Source: a virus. From it: a stretch of 64,000 nt of DNA. Where the stretch lies: the IMG/VR virus record IMGVR_UViG_3300037461_000951, positions 32,001-96,000 of that record; one strand, written 5' to 3'. This document shows positions 50,463-64,000 of this stretch, piece by piece (position 1 is the first letter of the stretch; every line of letters begins with the position of its first letter). The notes beneath the pieces are model-generated. The model searched no databases and was not told where the DNA came from. It was given only the letters and a program-made list of their open reading frames with translations. The translations under genes and the position numbers were made by a program.

Positions 50463-53400
50463 TATGAAGGTTCAAATTTGGCTTTTAAACGAAGATATTC
50501 TTGTTGTTCTTGTTGTTTTTTGAATTCATCTTGTTTTGTACGTCTTGCATTTAGTTCAGCATCAAGTTCTTCTTTAGTTAAAATTTCTAAGTTGAGTAAA
50601 TCTGTGTGAAAAAATTCTTCAAAAATATCTTTATCTTTATCATACGAATAAGTATTTTCTGGATCAATGTCCATTACAACAAAACGATCTGTGAATGAAA
50701 AAAGTAAAGCTCGTGAATTTAATGAATAAACATAGTCTTTAAAAACACAATTTTTGCAATTTTCTAAATAATCTTCTCTAATTTTCATAATTAAATCTCA
50801 GTTGTTGGGTTCAAAAATTGCTTTTAATCGAAGATATTCAGCTTTGTGAAAGTCCATGAATAACTTTTTATTTTCTTCATTTTGTGCATTTATTTCTTCT
50901 TGTGTATAAAGATTGTTGTCTATTAAATCTTCTTCATAACATTCTTTTATTAAATCTAAGTTTTGATTAATAATCATATCTTCATCTACTTCGCCATAAG
51001 CGATGGTAAAACATGTATAGCAATTTTCAAAGATAAAGACTATACTATTATTGTTGATAGTGTTAAAAGATTTTTTGAAAGTTTTATTTTCACAATCTTC
51101 AATGCTTGTAAATTTGATCATTAATATCTCCGTATGTGCTGTGAATATAGTGTCGTTGCACCATGCTATTTTATCACAGTTATTTAGATTTTGCAATTTT
51201 TAATGTTGTAAATTTAAATCGGTGTCTTGCTGTATAAATGGTCTAACGCTTCATCTACATCTGCTCCCAAAAATCCACAAGCAAGAAAATTGCTTGTGGA
51301 TTGGGTTTTATTTAACTTTAATTTTTGGATAAATAGGTATTTTCAGTTGTTTTTTGACGAGATTCATTAGTCGTTCTTTTGTTTCAATACCTACTTTAGT
51401 TTCCCAGTATGTCGCTTCACACAAAAAACGTAATGCTATATTACGATCTTTTTCAGTGACAATATCGGTTAATTTAGACAATTCGTCGATGTAGTGTTTA
51501 GCATTTCTTGAAATTTTGAAATTATCATATTCTATTCTAATCATCACACAAATATGTTGGAGTTCCGTCATGCGAACTCCTTATTTAAAGTTTCTTCAAG
51601 TAGAGAATTAAAAACTTCATCGGAACATGGAGTAAATTCTTTTGCTCCAAATAAACCAAGGTGTTTGGATGTGGTTTGACTGTATTTTTTCTCGGTTTTA
51701 AACCGACCTTCTGGACTGGAAAAAGCCACACAAGTTTCGTATGAAAAGTAAAGAGTGACTTTATCAATAATGACTTCTGTGGCATTGTTGCTAATGATTT
51801 TTAATTTGACGATCATGATTCTAACTCTTGTTTAGCGAATACTTCTGAAAGTGTTTTTAAAACATAACTCATTTTATAGTCTTTTAAAATAAGTTCCATA
51901 ATTCCAGATAATGGTAATGTTTGTAAAAAATAGATGTTTGCTTGTGTAGAAAAACCTTTTCTACTTATTTGATAAATTATTGCATCTAATAAATTTGAAA
52001 TTTCTTCATTTTCTTTGTCGTTTTGTATATGCGAGATTCGCAATAATAGTTCATGAGTTAAAGATTTGGTTGGTATTTTAATTAAAATATCTTTTACATC
52101 TTGTTCAGACAGTTCAATGTCTTTTGTTAAAGTAACCATACTTATATCTCATTTAAAGATTCTGTGGGTTTGGTGATTTTACGCTTGAGTGGGGTTTTCT
52201 TGACAGCGGGTTCTTTAGCGGGTTTCTTTTTAGTTTTAAATTCCAAAACTTCTGCGGTTTTTTGTACGGTTACAACATCTGCTACAATTTCTTTAACGGG
52301 TTCAGTTACGGGAACATGTGGAGTTAAAACCTCCATGAGTTCTTCTACAATTTCCTTTTGTTGTAAGCGAAGTTCCAGCATTTTGGAAATTCGTTCTTGA
52401 GTTTTTTCATTCTCTTTATCGAAGTTGTTGGGAAGATTTGGAGTGGTGAGTAATGATACACCGCCTTCGTCCCATCCTTTTGTTCCATGGACTGCCCGTC
52501 TTCCGGTGCTGATAATGACTAATGCGGCATCTGGAACAGGTTCTTCCAAACTGAATGCTTTTTTGATTTTAGTTAAGAGTGCTTTTGGAATGATTTTTTG
52601 TAGTGTGCCTTTTTGATAGTGGTTTAAAACCACATCAAGGATACCTTTGTACTGAGTACCCAAAGCTCTTTTAGCGAGAAATTGGATTCCTTTGGGTGAA
52701 AAAAAATTCTTATCACCTAAAAATTCAATCAATTCTTGTTGTTTAGACAAATTGCGTTGTCCGGTTTTAACTTCTGACATGTTAATTCTCCAGTAAATTT
52801 ATACAGTTTGGGTTGCTTGGCGCATAGCGATTGTAACACAATGCGCCAGAGTTTTCAATGTTAATCGTCGTACACTATTCTTCCTTGTTTAACGGATACT
52901 ACATTATCTTTGACTAATATTTTCCAACGATCATCATAATCTTCACCATATGCGGTGAGTTCTCCATTACAAATATGGTCGAAGGTGAAATTTACAAAGT
53001 ATGACGATTCTGAATCTTTTGCTTTTGCATTGGGTTTTAAGAAAGTGTCGATTAAATATCGAATCCATTCTTCAGCGTCGTATGTTTTTTCACCTTCATC
53101 CCAAATAAGTTCACTTCCATCTTCTGTGGGAATAAAATGGCACCAAATTCCTGGTTGTCCACCTTCTGGTGAATTAGCATTCATACAATTTGGATCATTA
53201 AAAAAAGGTTCAGAATAAACTCTTGATTCATTAATGTAAAATGGACCTTGTTTGCGGGTCATGTGTCGGGTGTATGCAAACTTAGTCAAATAATCAATTT
53301 CAGCTTCATTGAGAGGTGGATTGATATTAATACGGCCTTCAAAATCAGTGTTATAACCCATGGTTAATCTCCATAATCAAACAATCTGAGCATGGCTCGT

Positions 53401-56400
53401 TCTAAAATTTCTTCATCGTTGGTAAAGTAAAAGTCGTAATAATCTTCAATAGCTTCTTCTAATTCTTGTCGATCACAATCTCCTGGTATTTCATGGATAC
53501 TGAGAATTTCGTGCTCTTCAAATTCGTCAGTGTTTTCTCCATGGACAATTTCAAAAACTACATAACGAGACATTGGAGCGAGTAAGTCGGTTATTTCTTC
53601 ATCGGATTCTAGTGAAAACTGATACAAGCATTTATCCACGGTAGTTTTTTCCTTCAATGGTGAGTGCTCCATTTTTCTTGAGTAGTTTTTTCTCAATTAA
53701 TCCTTGTTTTGCAGTTTCCCATCGAGTTTCAGACATGCCAATTTGCTGTCGGCGTGAAATACCAGCATAAGAGGCTTTAAATTGTTGAGTTGCTTTAAGA
53801 CACCGTTTTTCATCTTCAGTTAGTGTTAGTGTTTGTGGATTCGGTAAGAGTTTGTTGATGTTTTCTTTATTGGTATAAATGAATAAACCGGCATCCTTAC
53901 CGCAACTGATCATGTGCTCTACCACGGCGTGGTTGGGAGGAATTTCAAAAGAGGCGTGAGCAATTTTTAGAAATGGATTGGAAGTTTGTGAATCGGGAAC
54001 TTGAATGTCTCCGGTAGTAAAATTAACGACTTTACAATAACTTCTTGAACCTTCATTCCAATAATTAGACATGCAATAACTATTGGATTCCACCAATCTA
54101 AATTTTTGTCCAGTATAGTCTGTATAGCAGTTTAAAATGGTTTGTGGAATTTCAGCTCTTTTTAAGTAATACATGTTAATTCTCCATGAGTGTTGGTATA
54201 TACGCTTACTGGCGTAAGCGTATCATAGCATATTGTTAAAGAGTTTTCAAGCAAAAACATCCACGTAATCTTTCAATGTTCCTTGTTTAAAAGAATCGGA
54301 ACGAATGATTGTTTCAAGATCTTCAATAAAAGGTTTTAAGTATTCATCGAATGAGATGTGTTGATATTCATCAATCCACGTCACTCCATCTGCATAACGA
54401 GCCATGCACAATTCTCGGGTGGCTTGTAACGCTTCATCAATACATTCTTCCAGTGTGGGTTTAATAATGCAAAGTTCATCGGAATCTACTACATAAGAAT
54501 TATAATGAGGACTTGGAGCATAAGGAATCCATTCAAATCCTTTTTCTGGATCTCCTAAAAGATGATCAGTGATGTACTTTAATTCTTCATCGGTTTCTAC
54601 ATAAGCCCAATCGATAGAGCTTTTGACGTAACAACAAAGCATGACATAGCAAGGTGTTTTCATGATCAAACGTCCAGTGGCATGGTAGGATAACCATAGT
54701 TGTCTAAAGATTCATTAACGGATTCAGCTAAATCTGAAAAGTCATCATCCGGTGACATTTCTCTAAATTCATCACGCCATTCTTTTAATTCTTGTAATAG
54801 TCCATCTTCTAAATCTAAACGGAATGCCCAAATGGGGGAAAAAAAGGAAATAAATTCTTGTCGTGTCATATTGTTCTCCTTACGGTAATTTTCTGGCTGC
54901 GGTGGCAATTTTCCAGCAGTGTCTTCGATACAAAGCGAGGTTCAATGTGTTACTCCATCCATGGAGAGTGGCTGACCAGAGTGGGATATTGAGTGCTTCC
55001 TGTCTGGATGATGTTTTCCACATCTTATAGTCAAAACGAACAGATGTTAAATGATAACCTGAAGCTTTTAGAGCTTGTGTGTATTTTGACATTAAAATTC
55101 TCCATACGCCGTCCTTGGCGTTGACTGCTCAGTAAGTTGTTTTTACGTAGTTATCTGACCATGGACCTACTTTGTAAGTTCTTTGACAGTTGGCGGGTTT
55201 TGAACATGTTTTTGAACTGGCTTCTGGATTACTGCAATGTTCTTTGGCATGTTTTTGTGTGACAAAAGTGCGTAAAACGCGCTCTTTTTTAGCATCGTGA
55301 TAATAGCGAACAATTTTATATGTGTATTTTTTATTCATCAAACAGTTCCTTTTTCCAGTTTTCAAACCATTCTTCATTAACGAGAGTGTTAATTCGAGTT
55401 TCAACTCCGTCAGTGAGGCTATTACCGTATACCTCCCATGCACTGTCTGGATCTTCCATCGAATTTAATTCATGAGCAAAAAATTCAAACGGTGAGTAAG
55501 ACCTGTAGTTATCGTCAGCTTGCCAAACTAATGTATAAATGGAGTCTATGTAATCTTCATAGTCCATATCTTTGGTGATTTTGACATCTTTGTAGTTATA
55601 CGTGACTAAGTCTTGTCCAACGGAATAGCCTTTTTGATAAATAAAATCGTTGTCCATGTTAATCTCCAGTATGGTGAACGTGTGGCGCTTGTTGCGCAAA
55701 ATCATTTTATCATAATAAATAAGAATTTGCAATTATAATTGCAAATAATCTTTTTTGGATACGGGTTTAGTTTTACCTGAACAATAGTATTCTAGTTGGA
55801 GTTGCATACAAAATTCGTCAGTGACAGGTTGTGTAGTATTTTCATTTTTATGAAACATCTTTTTACATTTTGGACAAATCGCCCAATTTTTTAAGAATTG
55901 TTTTAATGACGGTTTATTCATTTCTATACCTTAAATTTATATGTTTTAATAGATTTAATAGTGATGGATTGATCAGGGAAATGATGTGTATAAGCATCAA
56001 AAAGAGCTTGCTGAACTTTTGGATTCAAAGTTTCAGTATTTTCAATGAGTTTTAAGACATTGACGAAAAAATTAATTGTATCTTTTTTGGAAATTTCTTC
56101 CAATGCGGAGTTTTTCATGTTAAAAATCCTCTAATTTAGAGTTGCAATCTTTCATTAATTTTGCAAAGTAATCAGCCCAAGAAGGATAGCCTAATTCCCA
56201 AGCAACACATTCTCTGACCATGGCTGCGGGTTGCATTTTAAGAATTTGTTCATCCTTGCTATTATTATTGCTGTCTAAATTCTTTCGTTGTCTTAATATT
56301 TCTATGATGTGTAGTGGAATTGTCATTTTAATCTCCAATCAATGTGCGATACAGCATTCGTTGCCACGAATGCAGTTTAGCATATTTTTGAAGGTATTAC

Positions 56401-56421
56401 AATCAAATTGTGGAGGTGTTT

Positions 56422-56883
56422 ATGTTGTATAAATCCGAATCTGGTCATATTTACGAAGAAAAAACATGTGAATTGTGTCAGCATCAATTTTTTTATCGAC
56501 GAGATTGTAATGATGAATGTCCCATTTGCAAACGCAAAAGACGTTTGTCCAAACCTGATTTAACCGATCCTGCCATAAAAAGAACATATAGTAGTTATTA
56601 CAGTATGTTGTCTCGATGTACGAATACGAATCATAAAGATTATCCCAATTATGGAGGACGGGGGGTGATGGTTCAACCTGAATGGATCGAATCTTTTGAT
56701 CAGTTTTTAGCCGATGTGGGATTAAGACCTGAACATACCAGTTTAGATCGAATTTCTCCCAACAAACATTACACAAAAGATAATGTTCGTTGGGCGAATC
56801 AGCACGTACAGAACACAAATAAACGCAAAAAGTTCCAAGGTCTTTGGAGTAAAGTCTTAAAACCCCAAGCTGAAAAATTTTAA
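56422..56883 (+). CDS. Free-standing HNH endonuclease, opposite orientation to neighbours
   Basis: YYSMLSRC...YPNYGGRG..V..EW..SF..FLADVG.RP...SLDRI....HYTKDNVRWA...QNTN. Confidence 0.88.
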   Translation: MLYKSESGHIYEEKTCELCQHQFFYRRDCNDECPICKRKRRLSKPDLTDPAIKRTYSSYYSMLSRCTNTNHKDYPNYGGRGVMVQPEWIESFDQFLADVGLRPEHTSLDRISPNKHYTKDNVRWANQHVQNTNKRKKFQGLWSKVLKPQAEKF

Positions 56884-59800
56884 TCAGGATATTCTTCTAT
56901 GTGATCTTCACAGTTGTAATCAACAATGCTTGGATCTTTTTCAAAAAGAATTTTATATAAACCTGTGGTACACATGGCATCTTCAATGATGTCTGCATCT
57001 ACGCCTTGTAACTCATTGGGCGTAAAAATAGCCAGTGCAAAGCCTTTGTTTCTTAATTCAGTGATGGCATTTTCAATGTGGGGAGGATATTTAATCATTT
57101 TGATGCTCCATTAAGATGAGTGTGTTTTCTAGTAATTTGATCATGTCGGTGGGATCATTGAAAGATCCAATATATGTATCATTGCAAGTCACACTGTGTA
57201 TTCTGACGATGGGACAGTATTCATCGGTTTCATCAGAATAACAATCGCAATCGTCATCGGGAGCTATGTCAGAGTATTTTTTACATAAGGCGCAATTACG
57301 TCCATCGAAGTGTAAATTTTCACCTGTTACAACGCCGAATAACGCATGTTGTCTGTATCTGACATCATGCTTTTCACAATTTTCGGGTAAGGCCCCTTTC
57401 CATTTTTGGATGCTGTGTTTTAAACATTCTTCATCGGTTTTATTGGTATAGTCAGCAGCATCTATCGGATAAAATTCTTTTATCCAAGTATCGAATGACA
57501 TAAAATTCTCCATTAAAGAGTTTTTAGAATGTGAATGACTTTTTCAAGAATATGGATGCGTTCTTCCATCCATTCTATGGTAGTGTCATCAGCATAAGGT
57601 ATGTGTCTATTTAAATGTTTTTTAGCGCTTTCTAAATCATCATAAATCTTTTTTATGTTATTTTGGTACCTTTGTATTTCAGCTTGAGCAAATTTTAAAC
57701 GTTCTTCAATGGAATAAAATGGATTTTCCCATAAATTGAGCATAAAGATTCCTTAAAGTTCTTTCAATTTGGTTTTTACGGTTTCAAGATTACATGTCGC
57801 CCATGTGGTTTTCTGATCCGTTTGTCGATAAGTAAATCTCATTGGTCTTTTACCGACAAATCCGAACCAAATATCTCTATCTGATTCTTTTTCTACAATT
57901 CCTTTACAGTATGTTAAATCTAATTGCAGTTTGATTTCCAAACTTTTAAAAACATCGTAAGGAATGATTGCCAGCAGTGTTGTTTTTTTGTCTGGTTTAA
58001 ACATTGGCATCTTCCGTAAAGTGGATATGGTCAAAATCGCTTGACGCATTTATTTTAGCATGGATTCGAAGATATTACAAGTGGAATTTAATGTTTGACG
58101 ATGAATGTGTAGGCACGTGTGTCTAGATGCTTAATCCGTCTGGTAAGCGGTCAAATCGGTCATTTTAGCGACTTTCTAACGACTCCAGTATCCCAACAAC
58201 CCCTGGGTGGGAAAGTTGCTCAAATCGTCTCACAGGCGGTTTTTTGGATAGATAAAATTTCAACAGAACTTTTTTGTCTGGCCCCAAAAAGGCGGGGCTG
58301 TGCAGCAAAATCTGCCGAACAGCCCCGCCTTTACAGCATGGAGAATTTAATCAACGTCTAGCCAACTATCTTCATTATCGAATAGTTTGGTTTTTTCAAA
58401 CACCTCAAGTTGGAAATCATGAATTTCTTGAAAATCTCCAGCATAAGCCTTACACCATTTTTTTACCAATTCTGGTTCTTCAAACAAATTGTATAAGTAA
58501 TCTGCATCTTCTTGTTTTAAGGTGTAAATATAAGAGCATGGCTGATTGTACCAACCAATTCCCACCACAATGAGTCGATTCTCGTAGTATTGAACTAACA
58601 TATCAATTCTCCCAATTAATTGAACAAATCCATATCACGAAGATAGTCATACACATCGGGGGGAATTTCATCGTCTCGACGTGCTGCAAAGATACTATCA
58701 TCGGTTTTGCGGCAGTATTCCATTCGCTCTTCTAGTGTGCAATCTTGCCAAAATTGATAAATGGCTTCATCTTGACGCTGGGAATAATCATCGTCATCTA
58801 AAATGGGATATTCGTTCTTTAAATAGTGGTACAGTTCATCGGCCTTTTCAATCAGCTCTTGTGGAGCATCTTCACGAATCATTAAATATTCTACCCAACC
58901 CACTGCCCAATGGGAAGCGGACCAGACGTACAGCCAATCACTTGGAAGTTCTTCCTCTTCCCCATAATACGTTCTTTTGTAACGAGTGTTGGGTTTTGGT
59001 AAGTCTTCAATGATAGTTTCTAATTCTTGTTGTAAACATTCCCAATTGGATTCTGTTAGTAGTGTGGAATCTCTATGGCGGGAATATAAAACATAATCTC
59101 CAACGGGATCAAAACCAAAATAAGAATCGGGAGTTGTCCACTTTGGTAAGGTGATTTGTGTGGCTGTGTTCATGCTTTTTTCTCCATGAGTTTGAATGGC
59201 TTGCGGCTTTTTGCCGCAAACGCAGTATAACACAGTTTTAAAGATTAAGCAATCACAAAATGATTGATTGCTAAGAGTGCTGTATCAATAGTCATGTTAA
59301 GTTCTGGAATAACAAAACCATCCGTACCAAAGCCATAATAATCTTCAATGACAGCTTTATAAACATGGCCTAATTCTGCCATTTCAGAATCTTCAAATTT
59401 AATATTTTTCCAGCATTCTACATTGAAAATCTGTCCAATCATTCGTTCTCCGGGACTGGGAAGATCAAATGAATCTGTTTCGCAAATGGCGTTATACCAA
59501 TTGAGTAGACGTATGGCTTCATCTGTGTTGGGAGGAAAAGGCGCTTCATAGTGATGAAACATGAAGATTGCATAACATGGATCATTTAGTCCAATACAGC
59601 TACCTTGTGGGTAAGTATATGCTGTTTTCTCATCTTTAATTTCCAAACTCTCATCTTCCATAATTTCAGCCATGAAGGTTTCATTCGTGCGGTTATCTAC
59701 CAATGGGATATACATGCTAAGGTCTCCAATTAATTTTCATGCGTTTCTTCATTTTTAATTGACAGTTATAAAGGTTTTCATAAACCTTTTTTACGTATTC

Positions 59801-59985
59801 AGTTTCATCTTCAGTGGCTAGTCGTGTCTTTTTAACCACTCCTTGGGGATCACCTTCCCCATGTTGTCCAATTTCTTCCCACATATCTACGGTGTAATTG
59901 TGTGGATTAATTTCTTTTGGAAAGATTAAAATGGGAGTCTTGGGTTTAATCTTCCATACGCGGCATACCGCTTCTAATGGTGTGT

Positions 59986-60492
59986 TCATAGATCATTAAC
60001 ATTGATACAAGTGTAGGTATCACCACCGAATTCAAATTCTACCATGGCTCCATCATGTTCAAATTCTTCAGCAATTTTTTCATAGTCAATGTAATTTCGA
60101 ATTGATGAAGATACATCATATATTTCATTGAACATGTCATACGCAGCATCAAACAAAGTTCCACGATGGAGATATACATCGTCAACTTTATTTATGGCAT
60201 CTTTTAGTGAAATACTCACATTGTTATCCAACAAGAAAAACAATCGGGGCCAATCACTCTCATCCATGTTTTCAATGACATCAAGCACATCTTGTAAATT
60301 GCCTTGATTGACTCCAATGGTTTGGACTAATTCAATTTCTTCACGATTACCATCGATGATCTCAATTGAGAATTCTTCAACGGGGAATTTATATTCTTTT
60401 TCAAGCTCTTCAACACCCTCTTCAAACTCATCATACGTTTCAAAGTAAAATCCAGTGACATCTGCATTATACGGATTGGCGTAAAATTTCAT
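59986..60492 (-). CDS. ardA: ArdA-like antirestriction protein (DNA mimic)
   Basis: YANPYNADVTGFYF...EEFSIEIIDG...NYIDYEKIA...GAMVEF; highly acidic. Confidence 0.75.
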   Translation of the reverse strand: MKFYANPYNADVTGFYFETYDEFEEGVEELEKEYKFPVEEFSIEIIDGNREEIELVQTIGVNQGNLQDVLDVIENMDESDWPRLFFLLDNNVSISLKDAINKVDDVYLHRGTLFDAAYDMFNEIYDVSSSIRNYIDYEKIAEEFEHDGAMVEFEFGGDTYTCINVNDL

Positions 60493-63400
60493 CTTGAGTT
60501 TCCTTAAATGGTGGTCTCTTCGATGTTAGCGAATGGCAATTCTTGTGGATGTTCCCATTGAGACACAACGGTATCGTTGAGTTGTTCTTCAATAATATCT
60601 CTGACTCCGTAAATGTTGAGCAATTCAATGGGCGAAAGATTGGCGAGTTCATAATACAAATTTTTCATGAATTCTTCATCACTCATTTGATGATAAGGTT
60701 GCATTTTAAATTCTCCGGTGATTGCCATCCTTGGCATAACGATGTTAAATACAAGGCATCCAACGCTCATATTGAGCAATTTCTTTGCAAATACGTGCAG
60801 CAATCTTACACGCTTGTTCATTACGAAGGTCGTAATATTGATTTTCGTATTGATCATTCAACCCTTCGATGTACTTCAAACACAGTTCCATCTTGGCTTG
60901 GAGTAATGTACGATGGTCTCTGAGCATTAAATCAGCTAATTCTTGCATGTCTTCACGACATCCCGCATTGACAATACGGCTAATTCCTTCAGCCGTGGTT
61001 TTAATCAATTCTTTTAGTTCGTCATGAGTCATGTTTATTCTCCAGTATTGTCGGAATAATCATCATAACAATCTTCAACATGATTTTTGATGTGGATGTC
61101 TTTAACTTTCTGGGGTGCATCCAGTTGCGCAATGATCTCGTAATTGTATTGTTGTAAAAATCTCCCATAAAGATGGGGATTTTCATCCACATGATTAAAG
61201 TTGACACCTGCTGGATGCAGTTCATTCCAATTCTTCATAACATCATCAAGTAAACTCATACTGAATTCTCCAAAGTTTGAGTGGTTGCTACCATGCTGGC
61301 GCATGGCAATCATAACACAGTATGGAAGATTAATCAAATAATTTATTGAATTAATCTTCCGGTGTATATAAACCGATTTCAACGGCATCTTGATGCGTAA
61401 TTAAGCATTTACGCGCTTTTAAAATCTCTTTACTGGCGGATTCGTTCAGTAATCTTTTTACCGCGTCTTCCGTGACGACCCAATGGGGACCTGTTGGGTA
61501 TGCTCCGTTGAGAGGCGGTTGTTTGTGCGTGTTAGGCGTTGTGGATACCTCAATGATGAGAATGCCTTGATTAAATAGTTCTTGGCATTTTTTACAAGGT
61601 TCATAGTTTGTTACTATTTTAAGGGGTGATTCATCTTTATAAGCGTTTCCCAATAAAGCAATTTCTCCAGTGCTTTCTCCACACCAAAAGCACTGGCACA
61701 TCGTAGGATTTAATCCGTATTCTTTATGAAGTTTCATTGAAATTCTCCGTTTGTTTGATTTCTAACACCACCCACATATTGCGAGAATTCAATTCACATT
61801 GAATTTCTTGCATGGTGATCATCCATTCTTTGTAGCCAATTTCGGCATGATTAATGGATTCTGGCAAATGGTAAAAATGAGCTTTGGCCCATTCTACTAA
61901 TGCATCTGTGGGTATCCAATCTAAAATAATATCTTTTTTTTCATAAGCCATGGGAGTTTCCTTAAACTCTGACAGTAAGTGCCATGAGCTTCTGCATGAT
62001 GGCTTTACATTCGTGGGGATAAAAGGCGGTATTGATCCCCAATAACCAATCTCGGTAATTTCCGATATTCCAATTATCATTGGAGTCAATTTTAAAGAGT
62101 AGCATTGCATCTGCTAAAGTGCTCGGAAAAAAGACATTGGCATTTTTAAACGGTTCTAACAATTTTTGATACAATGCTTCTCCACGATCATCTAATTTTA
62201 CAATTTCAGTCCAATTAAATTTTGTGGGTTTGAGATCAATTGTACATGCAAACAGTGGATCAGCTCTTGGTGTATCATAGTCTCGTGTACCGCAATAACC
62301 CGTAATATAATACGGCATACCTAATTTGGTTAATTCCGTATTAATGGAATCCATAAGCAGATTTATGGGGAAGTTGGGTATGTTTTGTACAGCATGGTTG
62401 ATGATATGTTCTGTTGCGGAGCAACCATGTGATTCTTCAACATCATTTAAAATTTGTGTTAAACTTTTTAGTATTTCTGTGGACATGCTATTCTCCAATT
62501 GTGTTGGGTTGTGTAAATCCGCTGGACGGATGAAGTTTAGCACACTTTTTAAGAATGTGCAATATGCAATGGTTGTAATTCTTTGATTTTCCAATGGACT
62601 TCTTTATTGATAAAGCGCAAATCTTCCACACGCATGGGAAGTTTATACAACTTAAAAGAGCGATTGATTTCTTTAATAGCCCAGTCTTTATCTTCGAGAG
62701 ATAGTTCAAAATTAGTCAGTATGAATTCTGCTGCACAGTCGGGATGACCGTTGATCTTTTTGATCACTTCCCCTGGGGTTAAAAAGTTCATGAGAGACTC
62801 CTTTAAAAAAAGGAACATGATACTACGGATATTGCATTGCAGCAAAGGCTAATTGCTGCAATGCAACTTTTTGCTATGAGGTGGCTGCCCGTAATTGAGA
62901 TATTTCATGAAGAAGTTGTGGATTTTTACGGAGGATTTGTGGATACAGTGGTTCGTGTCTGGATAGCTGCTCTTCTGCTTTCTTCAGCTTTTTTAAGCCT
63001 TTGAGCATTCGCTCATGATTCCGAAACATGAGGTTGGTCATGCGTCGATCACGACGCTCTTTGTTCTTGACATAGTAAAATTCATGCGGCATGACACATC
63101 TCCTTATACTGTTTAAATGCCCAATCCCACGCATTGTCTTGGAATTTGATACCGTGGTGACAGATGATTGCAGCCCCTCCAGCAAATTCATCGGGTCGAG
63201 GTTTACTACAAGTTTCAGCCCATGTAAAAACGACATAACCTGTTTTGGGTTTTAAAATTTCTAAACGAATCAATGCGTATAGCCATTCTGTGGCTAAATC
63301 TATGTCACCACACTCTTCAGCATATACGTAGTATTCTGATTCGTATATTGTCGTTTCAAATCCACAACTTTCATGTTCATAGAATATTTGTTCAAACATT

Positions 63401-64000
63401 TCTCCAACGATATTATTAATGTGGTCGGGTAGTTTCAGTTCATCAATTTCTTCAATTTCATGGGTTGTTACAGTCTTTAGCCATTTTTCCATGGCTTTTA
63501 ACTCTTCTACTTTGTCTGGATTAATATCTACCGCCACGCTGAATTGCAAGTAATTGTTTGCCATAACTTATTCTCCCAAGTGAGCGTAAATTTCTTTAAG
63601 TACTAATTCTTCGGGTGCGCCAATAAAATGTGGAAAGATGGGCATGACGGATTCCCCCATGGGGTCTTCGATCATGCGTCTTTTTAAGTTGATGTTGAAT
63701 TCACCGATCTGATTGCCCAGTCCATCAGCCCAATCTTGCATGGGGTTGACTTTTTTAATCTTTTTGTTTTTGGATATATTCAATTTAATATCTTCAAAAA
63801 CATTAAATTGATCTTCAATAAACCAAAGCTGTTCTACCATTGTATTCATAGCAATTCTCCGAACGTTGGACAATAAAAAGCCCGTAATTTCTACGGGCGG
63901 TATGGTTACTTTTGGTTGAGGATGTAATAATTCTTTCCGTATTGGTACGGAACGAAATGGAAACCTTCTTCATCAGAAGAAACAAATCCACTAATATTTT

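Larger units (their letters stand above)
48024..63873 (-). other. Dense array of roughly 40 small co-oriented hypothetical genes (early / host-takeover-type region)
   Basis: Short, tightly packed ORFs with strong GGAGA RBS; many are acidic; repeated promoter cassettes. Confidence 0.75.

Noticed and set aside
1-64000. Alternative genetic code / stop-codon recoding
   Set aside because: Conserved genes are full length in the standard code and coding density is high.

Overview
This window looks like part of a large, AT-rich dsDNA bacteriophage, probably a phage-plasmid. The sigma70-type promoters and a ProQ gene suggest a proteobacterial host. No capsid, terminase or DNA polymerase gene lies inside the window. 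Layout: (i) 1-30.5 kb, mostly minus strand, DNA and RNA metabolism. It holds a partial beta-clamp-like gene, a 7-deazaguanine-type cluster (TGT/DpdA-like, QueD-like, FolE, glycosyltransferase, radical SAM/SPASM), an ATP-dependent ligase, two ParB proteins with parS-like sites, ProQ/FinO, Ro60 (TROVE) preceded by four Y RNA genes, a Rep-like gene plus RHH gene plus 7 iterons, and a Ski2/Hel308-type helicase split into two genes about 5.3 kb apart. (ii) 30.6-48 kb, plus strand: lysis genes, mosaic fibre/adhesin genes, KilA-N, a Reb (R-body)-like gene and a thermonuclease. (iii) 48-64 kb, minus strand: dense small early-type genes (ArdA, DenV-like) in repeated promoter-hairpin-RBS cassettes. The strongest candidates for new biology are non-coding. 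One is a ~450-nt RNA with two circularly permuted tRNA-like modules directly behind a non-Ro protein of unknown function (24.7-25.94 kb). Another is the four-member Y RNA array. A third is a promoter- and terminator-bounded ~70-nt sRNA whose unpaired segment is complementary to the RBS/start motif shared by many of the phage's own genes. All family assignments come from recognising motifs by eye; no database search was run.
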